Below are positions 1 to 15,000 of a stretch of 64,000 nt of DNA, in pieces. The stretch spans positions 104,966,001-105,030,000 of the forward strand of contig OZ024744.1 of the NCBI GenBank assembly GCA_964016885.1, in the 5' to 3' direction. How positions within the stretch are numbered: the stretch's first letter is position 1; each line of letters starts with the position of its first letter. The position numbers were made by a program, and so were the translations under genes. Below the pieces are notes generated by a model. It ran no database searches. It saw only the letters and a program-made list of their open reading frames with translations, and was not told the DNA's origin. This stretch comes from Eledone cirrhosa. Lineage: Eukaryota.

Positions 1-3000
1 TGTGGTTGTCATATAGGGTAGTTGTCATATAGTGTAGTTGCCATATAGTGTAGTTGTCATATAGTGTGCTTGTCATATAGTGTGGTTGTCATATAGTGTA
101 GTTGTCATATAGTGTAGCTGTCATATAGTGTGGTTGTCATATAGTGTGGTTGTCATATAGTGTTGTTGTCATATAGAGTAGTTATCATAATGTGGTGTCA
201 TATAGTGTAGTTGTCATAGTGTGGTTGTCATATAATGTGGTTGTCATATAGAGTAGTTGTCATATAGTGTGGTTGTCATATAGTGAGGTATTATAGAGTG
301 TTTATCATATAGTGTAGTTGTTATATAGTGTGGTTGTCATATACTATGGTTGTCATATATTGTGGTTATCATATAGTGTAGTTGTCATATAGAGTAGTTG
401 TCATATAGTGTAGTTGTCATATAGAGTAGTTGTCATATATTGTGGTTGTCATAATGTGTGGTTGTCATATAGTGTAGTTGTCATATAGAGAAGTTGTCAT
501 ATAGTGCGGTTGTATTATAGTGTGTTTGTCATATAGTGTGGTTGTCATATAGAGTAGTTGTCATATAGTGTAGTTGTCATATAGTTAAGTTGTCATATAG
601 AGTAGTTGTCATAGAATGTGGTTGTAATATATTGTAGTTGTCATATAGTGTGGTTGTCATATAGTGTAGTTGTCATATATTCTAGTTGTCATATAGAGTT
701 GTTGTCATATAGTGTGTTTATCAAATAGTGTAGTTGTCATATAGTGTAGTCGTGTTATATTGTAGTCGTCATATATTGTGAATGTCATATAGTGTGGTTG
801 TCATATAGTGTAGTTGTCATATAGTGTAGTTGTCATATAGTGTAGTTGACATATAGTGTGGTTATCATATAGTGTAGTTGTCATATAGATTAGTTGTCAT
901 AGTGTGGTTGTCATATAATGTAGTTGTCATATAGTGTGCTTGTCATATAGTGTAGTTGTCATAGTGTGGTTGTCATATAGTGTGGTTGTCATCTAATGTG
1001 GTTCTCATATAGAGTAGTTGTCATATAGTGTAGTTGTCATATAGTGTAGTTTTCATATAGAGTAGTTGTCATAGTGTGGTTGTCATATAGTGTAGTTGTC
1101 ATATAGTGTGGTTGACATATAGTGTAGTTGTCATATAGAGTAGTTCTAATATCGTGTGGTTGTCATATAATGTGGTTGTCATATAGTGTGGTTGTCATAT
1201 AGTGTGGTTGTCATATAGTGTGGTTGTTATAAAGTGTAGTTGTCATATAGTGTAGTTGTCATATAGAGTTGTTGTCATATAGAGTAGTTGTCATATAGTG
1301 TAGTTGTCATATAGAGTAGTTGTCATATAGTGTGGTTGTCATATAGTGTGGTTGTCATAAAGTGTAGTTGTCATATAGAGTAGTTGTCATATTGTGTGGT
1401 TGTATTATAGTAAGTTTGTCAAATAGTGTAGCTCTCATATAGTGTAGTTGTCATATAGAGTAGTTGTCATATAGTGTATTTGTCATATAGTGTGGTTGTC
1501 ATATAGTGTGGTTGTCATATAGAGTAGTTGTCATATAGTGTAGTTGTCATATAGTGAGGTTGTCATATAGTGTGGTTATCATATAGTATCGTTATATAGT
1601 GTAGTTGTCATATAGTGTAGTTGTCATACAGTTTTGTTGTCATATAGTGTGGTTGTCATAGAGTGTGGTTGTCATATAGTGAGGTTGTCATATAGTGTGG
1701 TTGTTATATAGTGTAGTTGTCATATAGAGTAGTTGTCATATAGTGTAGTTGTCATATAGAGTAGTTGTCATATAGTATAGTTGTCATATAGTGTGGTTGT
1801 CATATAGTGTAGTTGTCATATAGAGTAGTTGTCATATAGTGTAGTTTTCATCTAATGTGGTTGTCATATAGCCTAGTTGTCATAGTGTGGTTATCATATA
1901 GTGTAGTTGTCATATAGTGTGGTTGTCATATAGTGTAGTTGTCATATAGTGTAGTTTTCATATAGAGTAGTTGTCATATAGTGTAGTTGTCATATAGAGT
2001 ATTTGTCATATAGTGTGGTTGTCATATAGTGTGGTTGTCATGTAGTGCGGTTGTCATATTGTGTAGTTGTCATATAGAGTAGTTTTCATATAGTGGTGTT
2101 GTCATATAGTGTAGTTGTCACTGTGTGGTTGTCATATAGTGTGGTTGTCATATAAAGTAGTTGTCGTATAGTGTGGTTGTCATATAGTGTAGTTGTCATA
2201 GAGTAGGTGTCATATAGTGTGGTTGTATTATAGTGAGTTTGTTATATAATGTGGTTCTCATATAGTGTAGTCATATAGAGTAGTTGTCATATAGTGTGGT
2301 TGTCATATAGTGTAGTTGTCATATAATGTGGTTGTCATAAAGTGTAGTTGTCATGTAGAGTAGTTGTCATATAGTGTGGTTGTCATATAGTGTGGTTGTC
2401 ATAAAGTGTAGTTGTCATATAGAGTAGTTGTCATATAGTGTGGTTGTATTATAGTGAGTTTGTCAAATAGTGTAGCTCTCATATAGTGTAGTTGTCATAT
2501 AGAGTAGTTGTCATATAGTGTATTTGTCATATAGTGTGTTTGTCATATAGTGTGGTTGTCATATAGAGTAGTTGTCATATAGTGTAGTTGTCATATAGTG
2601 AGGTTGTCATATAGTGTGGTTATCATATAGTATCGTTATATAGTGTAGTTGTCATATAGTGTAGTTGTCATACAGTTTTGTTGTCATATAGTGTGGTTGT
2701 CATAGAGTGTGGTTGTCATATAGTGAGGTTGTCATATAGTGTGGTTTTCATATAGTGTAGTTGTCATATAGACTAGTTGTCATATAGTGTAGTTGTCATA
2801 TAGAGTAGTTGTCATATAGTATAGTTGTCATATAGTGTGGTTGTCATATAGTGTAGTTGTCATATAGAGTAGTTGTCATATAGTGTAGTTTTCATCTAAT
2901 GTGGTTGTCATATAGCCTAGTTGTCATAGTGGGGTTATCATATAGTGTAGTTGTCATATAGTGTGGTTGTCATATAGTGTAGTTGTCATATAGTGTAGTT

Positions 3001-6000
3001 GTCATATAGAGTAGTTGTCATATAGTGTAGTTGTCATATAGAGTATTTGTCATATATTGTGGTTGTCATATAGTGTGGTTGTCATGTAGTGTGGTTGTCA
3101 TATTTTGTAGTTGTCATATAGAGTAGTTGTCATATAGTGGTGTTGTCATATAGTGTAGTTGTCACAGTGTGGTTGTCATATAGTGTGGTTGTCATATAGT
3201 GTAGGTGTCATATAAAGTAGTTGTCGTATAGTGTGGTTGTCATATAGTGTAGTTGTCATAGAGTAGGTGTCATATAGTGTGGTTTTATTATAATGAGTTT
3301 GTTATATAATGTGGTTATCATATAGTGTAGTCATATAGAGTAGTTGTCATATAGTGTGGTTGTCATATAGTGTAGTTGTCATATAGTGTGGTTGTCATAG
3401 AGTGTAGTTGTCATATAGTGAAGTTGTCATATAGTGTAGTTGTCATATAGTGTAGTTGTCATATAGAGTAGTTGTCATATAGTGTAGTTGTCATATAGAG
3501 TAGTTGTCATATAGTATAGTTGTCATATAGTGTGGTTGTCATATAGTGTAGTTGTCATATAGAGTAGTTGTCATATAGTGTAGTTTTCATCTAATGTGGT
3601 TGTCATATAGCCTAGTTGTCATAGTGTGGTTATCATATAGTGTAGTTGTCATATAGTGTGGTTGTCATATAGTGTAGTTGTCATATAGTGTAGTTTTCAT
3701 ATAGAGTAGTTGTCATATAGTGTAGTTGTCATATAGAGTATTTGTCATATAGTGTGGTTGTCATATAGTGTGGTTGTCATGTAGTGCGGTTGTCATATTG
3801 TGTAGTTGTCATATAGAGTAGTTTTCATATAGTGGTGTTGTCATATAGTGTAGTTGTCACAGTGTGGTTGTCATATAGTGTGGTTGTCATATAAAGTAGT
3901 TGTCGTATAGTGTGGTTGTCATATAGTGTAGTTGTCATAGAGTAGGTGTCATATAGTGTGGTTGTATTATAGTGAGTTTGTTATATAATGTGGTTCTCAT
4001 ATAGTGTAGTCATATAGAGTAGTTGTCATATAGTGTGGTTGTCATATAGTGTAGTTGTCATATAGTGTGGTTGTCATAAAGTGTAGTTGTCATGTAGAGT
4101 AGTTGTCATATAGTGTGGTTGTCATATAGTGTGGTTGTCATAATGTGTAGTTGTCATATAGAGTAGTTGTCATATAGTGTGGTTGTATTATAGTGAGTTT
4201 GTCAAATAGTGTAGCTCTCATATAGTGTAGTTGTCATATAGAGTAGTTGTCATATAGTGTATTTGTCATATAGTGTGTTTGTCATATAGTGTGGTTGTCA
4301 TATAGAGTAGTTGTCATATAGTGTAGTTGTCATATAGTGAGGTTGTCATATAGTGTGGTTATCATATAGTATCGTTATATAGTGTAGTTGTCATATAGTG
4401 TAGTTGTCATACAGTTTTGTTGTCATATAGTGTGGTTGTCATAGAGTGTGGTTGTCATATAGTGAGGTTGTCATATAGTGTGGTTGTCATATATTGTAGT
4501 TGTCATATAGAGTAGTTGTCATATAGTGTAGTTGTCATATAGAGTAGTTGTCATATAGTATAGTTGTCATATAGTGTGGTTGTCATATAGCCTAGTTGTC
4601 ATAGTGTGGTTATCATATAGTGTAGTTGTCATATAGTGTGGTTGTCATATAGTGTAGTTGTCATATAGTGTAGTTGTCATATAGAGTAGTTGTCATATAG
4701 TGTAGTTGTCATATAGAGTATTTGTCATATATTGTGGTTGTCATATAGTGTGGTTGTCATGTAGTGTGGTTGTCATATTGTGTAGTTTTCATATAGAGTA
4801 GTTGTCATATAGTGGTGTTGTCATATAGTGTAGTTGTCACAGTGTGGTTGTCATATAGTGTGGTTGTCATATAGTGTAGTTGTCATATAAAGTAGTTGTC
4901 GTATAGTGTGGTTGTCATATAGTGTAGTTGTCATAGAGTAGGTGTCATATAGTGTGGTTTTATTATAATGAGTTTGTTATATAATGTGGTTATCATATAG
5001 TGTAGTCATATAGAGTAGTTGTCATATAGTGTGGTTGTCATATAGTGTAGTTGTCATATAGTGTGGTTGTCATATAGTGTAGTTGTCATATAGTGAAGTT
5101 GTCATATAGTGTAGTTGTCATATAGTGTAGTTGTCATATAGAGTAGTTGTCATATAGTGTGGTTGTCATATAGTGTAGTTGTTACAGTGTGGTTGTCATA
5201 TAGTGTAGTTGTCATATAGTGTAGTCATATAGAGTAGTTGTCATATAGTGTGGTTGTCATTTAGTGTAGTTGTCATATAGTGTGGTTGTCATATAGTGTA
5301 GTTGTCATATAGTGTAGTTGTCATATAGAGTAGTTGTCATATAGTGTAGTTGTCATATAGTGTTGTTGTCATATAGTGTAGTTGTCATATAGTGTAATTG
5401 TCATATAGTCTAGTTGCCATATAGTGTAGTTGTCATATAGTGTGCTTGTCATATAGTGTGGTTGTCATATAGTGTAGTTGTCATATAGTGTTGCTGTCAT
5501 ATAGTGTGGTTGTCATATAGTGTGGTTGTCATATAGTGTTGTTGTCATATAGAGTAGTTATCATAATGTGGTGTCCTATAGTGTAGTTGTCATAGTGTGG
5601 TTATCATATAATGTGGTTGTCATATAGAGTAGTTGTCATATAGTGTGGTTGTCATATAGTGAGGTATTATAGAGTGTTTATCATATAGTGTAGTTGTTAT
5701 ATAGTGTGGTTGTCATATACTATGGTTGTCATATATTGTGGTTATCATATAGTGTAGTTGTCATATAGAGTAGTTGTCATATAGTGTAGTTGTCATATAG
5801 AGTAGTTGTCATATATTGTGGTTGTCATAATGTGTGGTTGTCATATAGTGTAGTTGTCATATAGAGAAGTTGTCATATAGTGCGGTTGTATTATAGTGTG
5901 TTTGTCATATAGTGTGGTTGTCATATAGAGTAGTTGTCATATAGTGTAGTTGTCATATAGTTAAGTTGTCATATAGAGTAGTTGTCATAGAGTGTGGTTG

Positions 6001-9000
6001 TCATATATTGTAGTTGTCATATAGTGTGGTTGTCATATAGTGTAGTTGTCATATATTCTAGTTGTCATATAGAGTTGTTGTCATATAGTGTGTTTATCAA
6101 ATAGTGTAGTTGTCATATAGTGTAGTCGTGTTATATTGTAGTCGTCATATATTGTGAATGTCATATAGTGTGGTTGTCATATAGTGTAGTTGTTATATAG
6201 TGTAGTTGTCATATAGTGTAGTTGACATATCGTGTGGATATCATATAGTGTAGTTGTCATATAGATTAGTTGTCATAGTGTGGTTGTCATATAATGTAGT
6301 TGTCATATAGTGTGATTGTCATATAGTGTAGTTGTCATAGTGTGGTTGTCATATAGTGTGGTTCTCATATAGAGTAGTTGTCATATAGTGTAGTTGTCAT
6401 ATAGTGTAGTTTTCATATAGAGTAGTCGTCATAGTGTGGTTGTCATATAGTGTAGTTGTCATATAGTGTGGTTGTCATATAGTGTAGTTGTCATATAGTG
6501 TAGTTGTCATATAGAGTAGTTCTAATATCGTGTGGTTGTCATATAATGTGGTTGTCATATAGTGTGGTTGTCATATAGTGTGGTTGTCATATAGTGTGGT
6601 TGTTATAAAGTGTAGTTGTCATATAGTGTAGTTGTCATATAGAGTTGTTGTCATATAGAGTAGTTGTCATATAGTGTAGTTGTCATATAGAGTAGTTGTC
6701 ATATAGTGTGGTTGTCATATAGTGTGGTTGTCATAAAGTGTAGTTGTCATATAGAGTAGTTGTCATATAGTATAGTTGTCATATAGTGTGGTTGTCATAT
6801 AGTGTAGTTGTCATATAGAGTAGTTGTCATATAGTGTAGTTTTTATCTAATGTGGTTGTCATATAGCCTAGTTGTCATAGTGTGGTTATCATATAGTGTA
6901 GTTGTCATATAGTGTGGTTGTCATATAGTGTAGTTGTCATATAGTGTAGTTTTCATATAGAGTAGTTGTCACATAGTGTAGTTGTCATATAGAGTATTTG
7001 TCATATAGTGTGGTTGTCATATAGTGTGGTTGTCATGTAGTGCGGTTGTCATATTGTGTATTTGTCATATAGAGTAGTTTTCATATAGTGGTGTTGTCAT
7101 ATAGTGTAGTTGTCACAGTGTGGTTGTCATATAGTGTGGTTGTCATATAAAGTAGTTGTCGTATAGTGTGGTTGTCATATAGTGTAGTTGTCATAGAGTA
7201 GGTGTCATATAGTGTGGTTGTATTATAGTGAGTTTGTTATATAATGTGGTTCTCATATAGTGTAGTCATATAGAGTAGTTGTCATATAGTGTGGTTGTCA
7301 TATAGTGTAGTTGTCATATAGTGTGGTTGTCATAAAGTGTAGTTGTCATGTAGAGTAGTTGTCATATAGTGTGGTTGTCATATAGTGTGGTTGTCATAAA
7401 GTGTAGTTGTCATATAGAATAGTTGTCATATAGTGTGGTTGTATTATAGTGAGTTTGTCAAATAGTGTAGCTCTCATATAGTGTAGTTGTCATATAGAGT
7501 AGTTGTCATATAGTGTATTTGTCATATAGTGTGTTTGTCATATAGTGTGGTTGTCATATAGAGTAGTTGTCATATAGTGTAGTTGTCATATAGTGAGGTT
7601 GTCATATAGTGTGGTTATCATATAGTATCGTTATATAGTGTAGTTGTCATACAGTTTTGTTGTCATATAGTGTGGTTGTCATAGAGTGTGGTTGTCATAT
7701 AGTGAGGTTGTCATATAGTGTGGTTGTCATATAGTGTAGTTGTCATATAGACTAGTTGTCATATAGTGTAGCTGTCATATAGAGTAGTTGTCATATAGTA
7801 TAGTTGTCATATAGTGTGGTTGTCATATAGTGTAGTTGTCATATAGAGTAGTTGTCATATAGTGTAGTTTTCATCTAATGTGGTTGTCATATAGCCTAGT
7901 TGTCATAGTGGGGTTATCATATAGTGTAGTTGTCATATAGTGTGGTTGTCATATAGTGTAGTTGTCATATAGTGTAGTTGTCATATAGAGTAGTTGTCAT
8001 ATAGTGTAGTTGTCATATAGAGTATTTGTCATATATTGTGGTTGTCATATAGTGTGGTTGTCATGTAGTGTGGTTGTCATATTTTGTAGTTGTCATATAG
8101 AGTAGTTGTCATATAGTGGTGTTGTCATATAGTGTAGTTGTCACAGTGTGGTTGTCATATAGTGTGGTTGTCATATAGTGTAGGTGTCATATAAAGTAGT
8201 TGTCGTATAGTGTGGTTGTCATATAGTGTAGTTGTCATAGAGTAGGTGTCATATAGTGTGGTTTTATTATAATGAGTTTGTTATATAATGTGGTTATCAT
8301 ATAGTGTAGTCATATAGAGTAGTTGTCATATAGTGTGGTTGTCATATAGTGTAGTTGTCATACAGTGTGGTTGTCATATAGTGTAGTTGTCATATAGTGA
8401 AGTTGTCATATAGTGTAGTTGTCATATAGTGTAGTTGTCATATAGAGTAGTTGTCATATAGTGTAGTTGTCATATAGAGTAGTTGTCATATAGTATAGTT
8501 GTCATATAGTGTGGTTGTCATATAGTGTAGTTGTCATATAGAGTAGTTGTCATATAGTGTAGTTTTCATCTAATGTGGTTGTCATATAGCCTAGTTGTCA
8601 TAGTGTGGTTATCATATAGTGTAGTTGTCATATAGTGTGGTTGTCATATAGTGTAGTTGTCATATAGTATAGTTTTCATATAGAGTAGTTGTCATATAGT
8701 GTAGTTGTCATATAGAGTATTTGTCATATAGTGTGGTTGTCATATAGTGTGGTTGTCATGTAGTGCGGTTGTCATATTGTGTAGTTGTCATATAAAGTAG
8801 TTGTCGTATAGTGTGGTTGTCATATAGTGTAGTTGTCATAGAGTAGGTGTCATATAGTGTGGTTGTATTATAGTGAGTTTGTTATATAATGTGGTTCTCA
8901 TATAGTGTTGTCATATAGAGTAGTTGTCATATAGTGTGGTTATCATATAGTGTAGTTGTCATATAGTGTGGTTGTCATAAAGTGTAGTTGTCATGTAGAG

Positions 9001-12000
9001 TAGTTGTCATATAGTGTGGTTGTCATATAGTGTGGTTGTCATAAAGTGTAGTTGTCATATAGAGTAGTTGTCATATAGTGTGGTTGTATTATAGTGAGTT
9101 TGTCAAATAGTGTAGCTCTCATATAGTGTAGTTGTCATATAGAGTAGTTGTCATATAGTGTATTTGTCATATAGTGTGTTTGTCATATAGTGTGGTTGTC
9201 ATATAGAATAGTTGTCATATAGTGTAGTTGTCATATAGTGAGGTTGTCATATAGTGTGGTTATCATATAGTATCGTTATATAGTGTAGTTGTCATATAGT
9301 GTAGTTGTCATACTGTTTTGTTGTCATATAGTGTGGTTGTCATAGAGTGTGGTTGTCATATAGTGAGGTTGTCATATAGTGTGGTTGTCATATAGTGTAG
9401 TTGTCATATAGTGTAGTTGTCATATAGAGTAGTTCTCATATAGTGTAGTTGTCATATAGAGTAGTTGTCATATAGTATAGTTGTCATATAGTGTGGTTGT
9501 CATATAGCCTAGTTGTCATAGTGTGGTTATCATATAGTGTAGTTGTCATATAGTGTGGTTGTCATATAGTGTAGTTGTCATATAGTGTAGTTGTCATATA
9601 GAGTAGTTCTCATATAGTGTAGTTGTCATATAGAGTATTTGTCATATATTGTGGTTGTCATATAGTGTGGTTGTCATGTAGTGTGGTTGTCATATTGTGT
9701 AGTTGTCATATAGAGTAGTTGTCATATAGTGGTGTTGTCATATAGTGTAGTTGTCACAGTGTGGTTGTCATATAGTGTGGTTGTCATATAGTGTAGTCGT
9801 CATATAAAGTAGTTGTCGTATAGTGTGGTTGTCATATAGTGTAGTTGTCATAGAGTAGGTGTCATATAGTGTGGTTTTATTATAATGAGTTTGTTATATA
9901 ATGTGGTTATCATATAGTGTAGTCATATAGAGTAGTTGTCATATAGTGTGGTTGTCATATAGTGTAGTTGTCATATAGTGTGGTTGTCATATAGTGTAGT
10001 TGTCATATAGTGAAGTTGTCATATAGTGTAGTTGTCATATAGTGTAGTTGTCATATAGAGTAGTTGTCATATTGTGTGGTTGTCATATAGTGTAGTTGTT
10101 ACAGTGTGGTTGTCATATAGTGTAGTTTTCATATAGTGTAGTCATATAGAGTAGTTGTCGTATAGTGTGGTTGTCATTTAGTGTAGTTGTCATATAGTGT
10201 GGTTGTCATATAGTGTAGTTGTCATATAGTGTAGTTGTCATATAGAGTAGTTGTCATATAGTGTAGTTGTCATATAGTGTTGTTGTCATATAGTGTAGTT
10301 GTCATATAGTGTAATTGTCATATAGTCTAGTCGCCATATAGTGTAGTTGTCATATAGTGTGCTTGTAATATAGTGTGGTTGTCATATAGTGTAGTTGTCA
10401 TATAGTGTAGCTGTCATATAGTGTGGTTGTCATATAGTGTGGTTGTCATATAGTGTTGTTGTCATATAGAGTAGTTATCATAATGTGGTGTCATATAGTG
10501 TAGTTGTCATAGTGTGGTTGTCATATAATGTGGTTGTCATATAGAGTAGTTGTCATATAGTGTGGTTGTCATATAGTGAGGTATTATAGAGTGTTTATCA
10601 TATAGTGTAGTTGTTATATAGTGTGGTTGTCATATACTATGGTTGTCATATATTGTGGTTATCATATAGTGTAGTTGTCATATAGAGTAGTTGTCATATA
10701 GTGTAGTTGTCATATAGAGTAGTTGTCATATATTGTGGTTGTCATAATGTGTGGTTGTCATATAGTGTAGTTGTCATATAGAGAAGTTGTCATATAGTGC
10801 GGTTGTTTTATAGTGTGTTTGTCATATAGTGTGGTTGTCATATAGAGTAGTTGTCATATAGTGTAGTTGTCATATAGTTAAGTTGTCATATAGAGTAGTT
10901 GTCATAGAGTGTGGTTGTCATATATTGTAGTTGTCATATAGTGTGGTTGTCATATAGTGTAGTTGTCATATATTCTAGTTGTCATATAGAGTTGTTGTCA
11001 TATAGTGTGTTTATCAAATAGTGTAGTTGTCATATAGTGTAGTCGTGTTATATTGTAGTCGTCATATATTGTGAATGTCATATAGTGTGGTTGTCATATA
11101 GTGTAGTTGTCATATAGTGTAGTTGACATATAGTGTGGTTATCATATAGTGTAGTTGTCATATAGATTAGTTGTCATAGTGTGGTTGTCATATAATGTAG
11201 TTGTCATATAGTGTGATTGTCATATAGTGTAGTTGTCATAGTGTGGTTGTCATATAGTGTGGTTGTCATCTAATGTGGTTCTCATATAGAGTAGTTGTCA
11301 TATAGTGTAGTTGTCATATAGTGTAGTTTTCATATAGAGTAGTCGTCATAGTGTGGTTGTCATATAGTGTAGTTGTCATATAGTGTGGTTGTCATATAGT
11401 GTAGTTGTCATATAGTGTAGTTGTCATATAGAGTAGTTCTAATATCGTGTGGTTGTCATATAAGGTGGTTGTCATATAGTGTGGTTGTCATATAGTGTGG
11501 TTGTCATATAGTGTGGTTGTTATAAAGTGTAGTTGTCATATAGTGTAGTTGTCATATAGAGTTGTTGTCATATAGAGTAGTTGTCATATAGTGTAGTTGT
11601 CATATAGAGTAGTTGTCATATAGTGTGGTTGTCATATAGTGTGGTTGTCATAAAGTGTAGTTGTCATATAGAGTAGTTGTCATATAGTGTGGTTGTATTA
11701 TAGTAAGTTTGTCAAATAGTGTAGCTCTCATATAGTGTAGTTGTCACATAGAGTAGTTGTCATATAGTGTATTTGTCATATAGTGTGGTTGTCATATAGT
11801 GTGGTTGTCATATAGAGTAGTTGTCATATAGTGTAGTTGTCATATAGTGAGGTTGTCATATAGTGTGGTTATCATATAGTATCGTTATATAGTGTAGTTG
11901 TCATATAGTGTAGTTGTCATACAGTTTTGTTGTCATATAGTGTGGTTGTCATAGAGTGTGGTTGTCATATAGTGAGGTTGTCATATAGTGTAGCTCTCAT

Positions 12001-15000
12001 ATAGTGTAGTTGTCACATAGAGTAGTTGTCATATAGTGTATTTGTCATATAGTGTGGTTGTCATATAGTGTAGTTGTCATATAGAGTAGTTGTCATATAG
12101 TGTAGTTGTCATATAGAGTAGTTGTCATATAGTATAGTTGTCATATAGTGTGGTTGTCATATAGTGTAGTTGTCATATAGAGTAGTTGTCATATAGTGTA
12201 GTTTTTATCTAATGTGGTTGTCATATAGCCTAGTTGTCATAGTGTGGTTATCATATAGTGTAGTTGTCATATAGTGTGGTTGTCATATAGTGTAGTTGTC
12301 ATATAGTGTAGTTTTCACATAGAGTAGTTGTCACATAGTGTAGTTGTCATATAGAGTATTTGTCATATAGTGTGGTTGTCATATAGTGTGGTTGTCATGT
12401 AGTGCGGTTGTCATATTGTGTATTTGTCATATAGAGTAGTTTTCATATAGTGGTGTTGTCATATAGTGTAGTTGTCACAGTGTGGTTGTCATATAGTGTG
12501 GTTGTCATATAAAGTAGTTGTCGTATAGTGTGGTTGTCATATAGTGTAGTTGTCATAGAGTAGGTGTCATATAGTGTGGTTGTATTATAGTGAGTTTGTT
12601 ATATAATGTGGTTCTCATATAGTGTAGTCATATAGAGTAGTTGTCATATAGTGTGGTTGTCATATAGTGTAGTTGTCATATAGTGTGGTTGTCATATAGT
12701 GTAGTTGTCATATAGTGTAGTTGTCATATAGTGTAGTTGTCATATAGAGTAGTAGTCATATAGTGTAGTTGTCATATTGTGTGGTTGTCATATAGTGTAG
12801 TTGTCATATAGTCTAGTTGTCATATAGTGTAGTTGTCATATAGTTTGCTTGTCATATAGTGTGGTTTTCATGTAGTGTAGTTGTCATATAATGTGGTTGT
12901 CATATAGTGTAGTTGTCATATAATGTAGTTGTCATATAGAGTAGTTGTCATAATGTGGTGTCATATAGTGTAGTTGTCATAGTGTGGTTGTCATAAAATG
13001 TGGTTGTCATATAGACTAGTTGTCATATAGTGTGGTTGTCATATAGTGAGGTATTATAGAGTGTTTATCATATAGTGTAGTTGTTATATAGTGTGGTTGT
13101 CATATACTATGGTTGTCATATAGTGTGGTTGTCATAGAGTGTGGTTGTCATATAGGGTAGTTGTCATATATTGTAGTTGTCATATAGAGTAGTTGTCATA
13201 TAGTGTAGTTGTCATATAGAGTAGTTGTCATATATTGTGGTTGTCATATTGTGTGGTTGTCATATAGTGTAGTTTTCATATAGTGTAGTTGTCATATAGT
13301 GCGGTTGTATTATAGTGTGTTTGTCATATAGTGTAGCTGTCATATAGTGTAGTTGTCATATAGAGTAGTTGTCATATATTGTGGTTGTCATATTGTGTGG
13401 TTGTCATATAGTGTAGTTGTCATATAGAGTAGTTGTCATATAGTGTGGTTGTATTATAGTGAGTTTGTCATATAGTGTAGTTGTCATATATTGTAGTTGT
13501 CATTTAGAGTAGTTGCCATATAGTGTAGTTGTCATTTAGTGTGGTTGTCATATAGTGTGGTTGTCATATAGTGTGGTTGTCATATAGTGTGGTTGTCATA
13601 TAATGTAGTTGTCATATAGTGTAGTTGTCATATAGAGTAGTTGTCATATAGTGTAGTTGTCATATAGAGTAGTTGGCATATAGTGTGGTTGTCATATAGT
13701 GTGGTTGTCATATAGTGCAGTTGTCATATTGAGTAGTTGTCATATAGTGTAGTTGTCATGTAGTGTGGTTGTCATATAGTGTAGTTGTCAGAGTGTGTTT
13801 GTCATATAGTGTAGTTGTCAACTAGTGTGGTTGTCATATAGTGTATTTGTCATATATTATAGTTGTCATATAGAGTAGTTGTCATATAGTGTGGTTGTCA
13901 TATAGTGTGGTTATCATATAGTGTGGTTGTCATATAGTGTAGTTGTCATATAGTGTAATTGTCATACAGAGTAGTTGTCATATAGTGTAATTGTCATATA
14001 GTTTAGTTGTCATATAGATTAGTTGTCATATAGAGTAGTTGTCATATCGTGTGGTTGTCATATAGTGTAGTTGTCACAGTGTGGTTGTCATATAGTGTGG
14101 TTGTGATATAGTGTAGTTGTCATATAGAGTAGTTCTCATATAGTGTAGTTGTGATATAGAGTAGTTGTCATATAGTGTGGTTGTATTATAGTGAGTTTGT
14201 CATATAGTGTATAGTCATATAATGTGGTTGTCATATAGTGTAGTCATATAGAGTAGTTGTCATATAGTGAGTTTGTCATATAGTGTATAGTCATATAATG
14301 TGGTTGTCATATAGTGTAGTCATATTGAGTAGTTGTCATATAGAGTAGTTGTCATATAGTGTAGTTGTCATATATTGTGTTTGTTATATAGTGTAGTTGT
14401 CATACAGTGTAGTTTTCATATAGTGTAGTTTTCATAGTGTGGTTCTCATATAATGTAGTTGTCATATAATGTGGTTGTCATATAATGTGGTTGTCATATA
14501 GTGTAGTTGTCATATTGTGTAGTTGTCATATAGAGTAGTTGTCATATAGTGTAGTTGTCATATAGTGTGGTTGTCATATAGTGTAGTTGTCATATTGTGT
14601 GGTTGTCATATAGTGTAGTTGTCATATAGTGGAGCTGTCATATAGTGTAGTTTTCATATAGTGTAGTTGTCATATAGTGTGGTTGTCATATAGTGTGGTT
14701 GTCATATAGTGTAGTTGTCATATAGAGTTGTTGTCATAGTGTGGTGTCATATAGTGTAGTTGTCATAGTGTGGTTGTCATATAATGTGGTTGTCATATAG
14801 AGTAGTTATCATATAGTGTGCTTGTCATATATTGAGGTATTATAGAGTGTTTATCATATAGTGTAGTTGTTATATTGTGTGGTTGTTATATAATATGGTT
14901 GTCGTATAGTGTGGTTGTCATGTAGTGCAGTTGTCATATAGCATGGTTGTCATATAGTGTGGTTGTCATATACTATGGTTGTCATATAGTGTGGTTGTCA

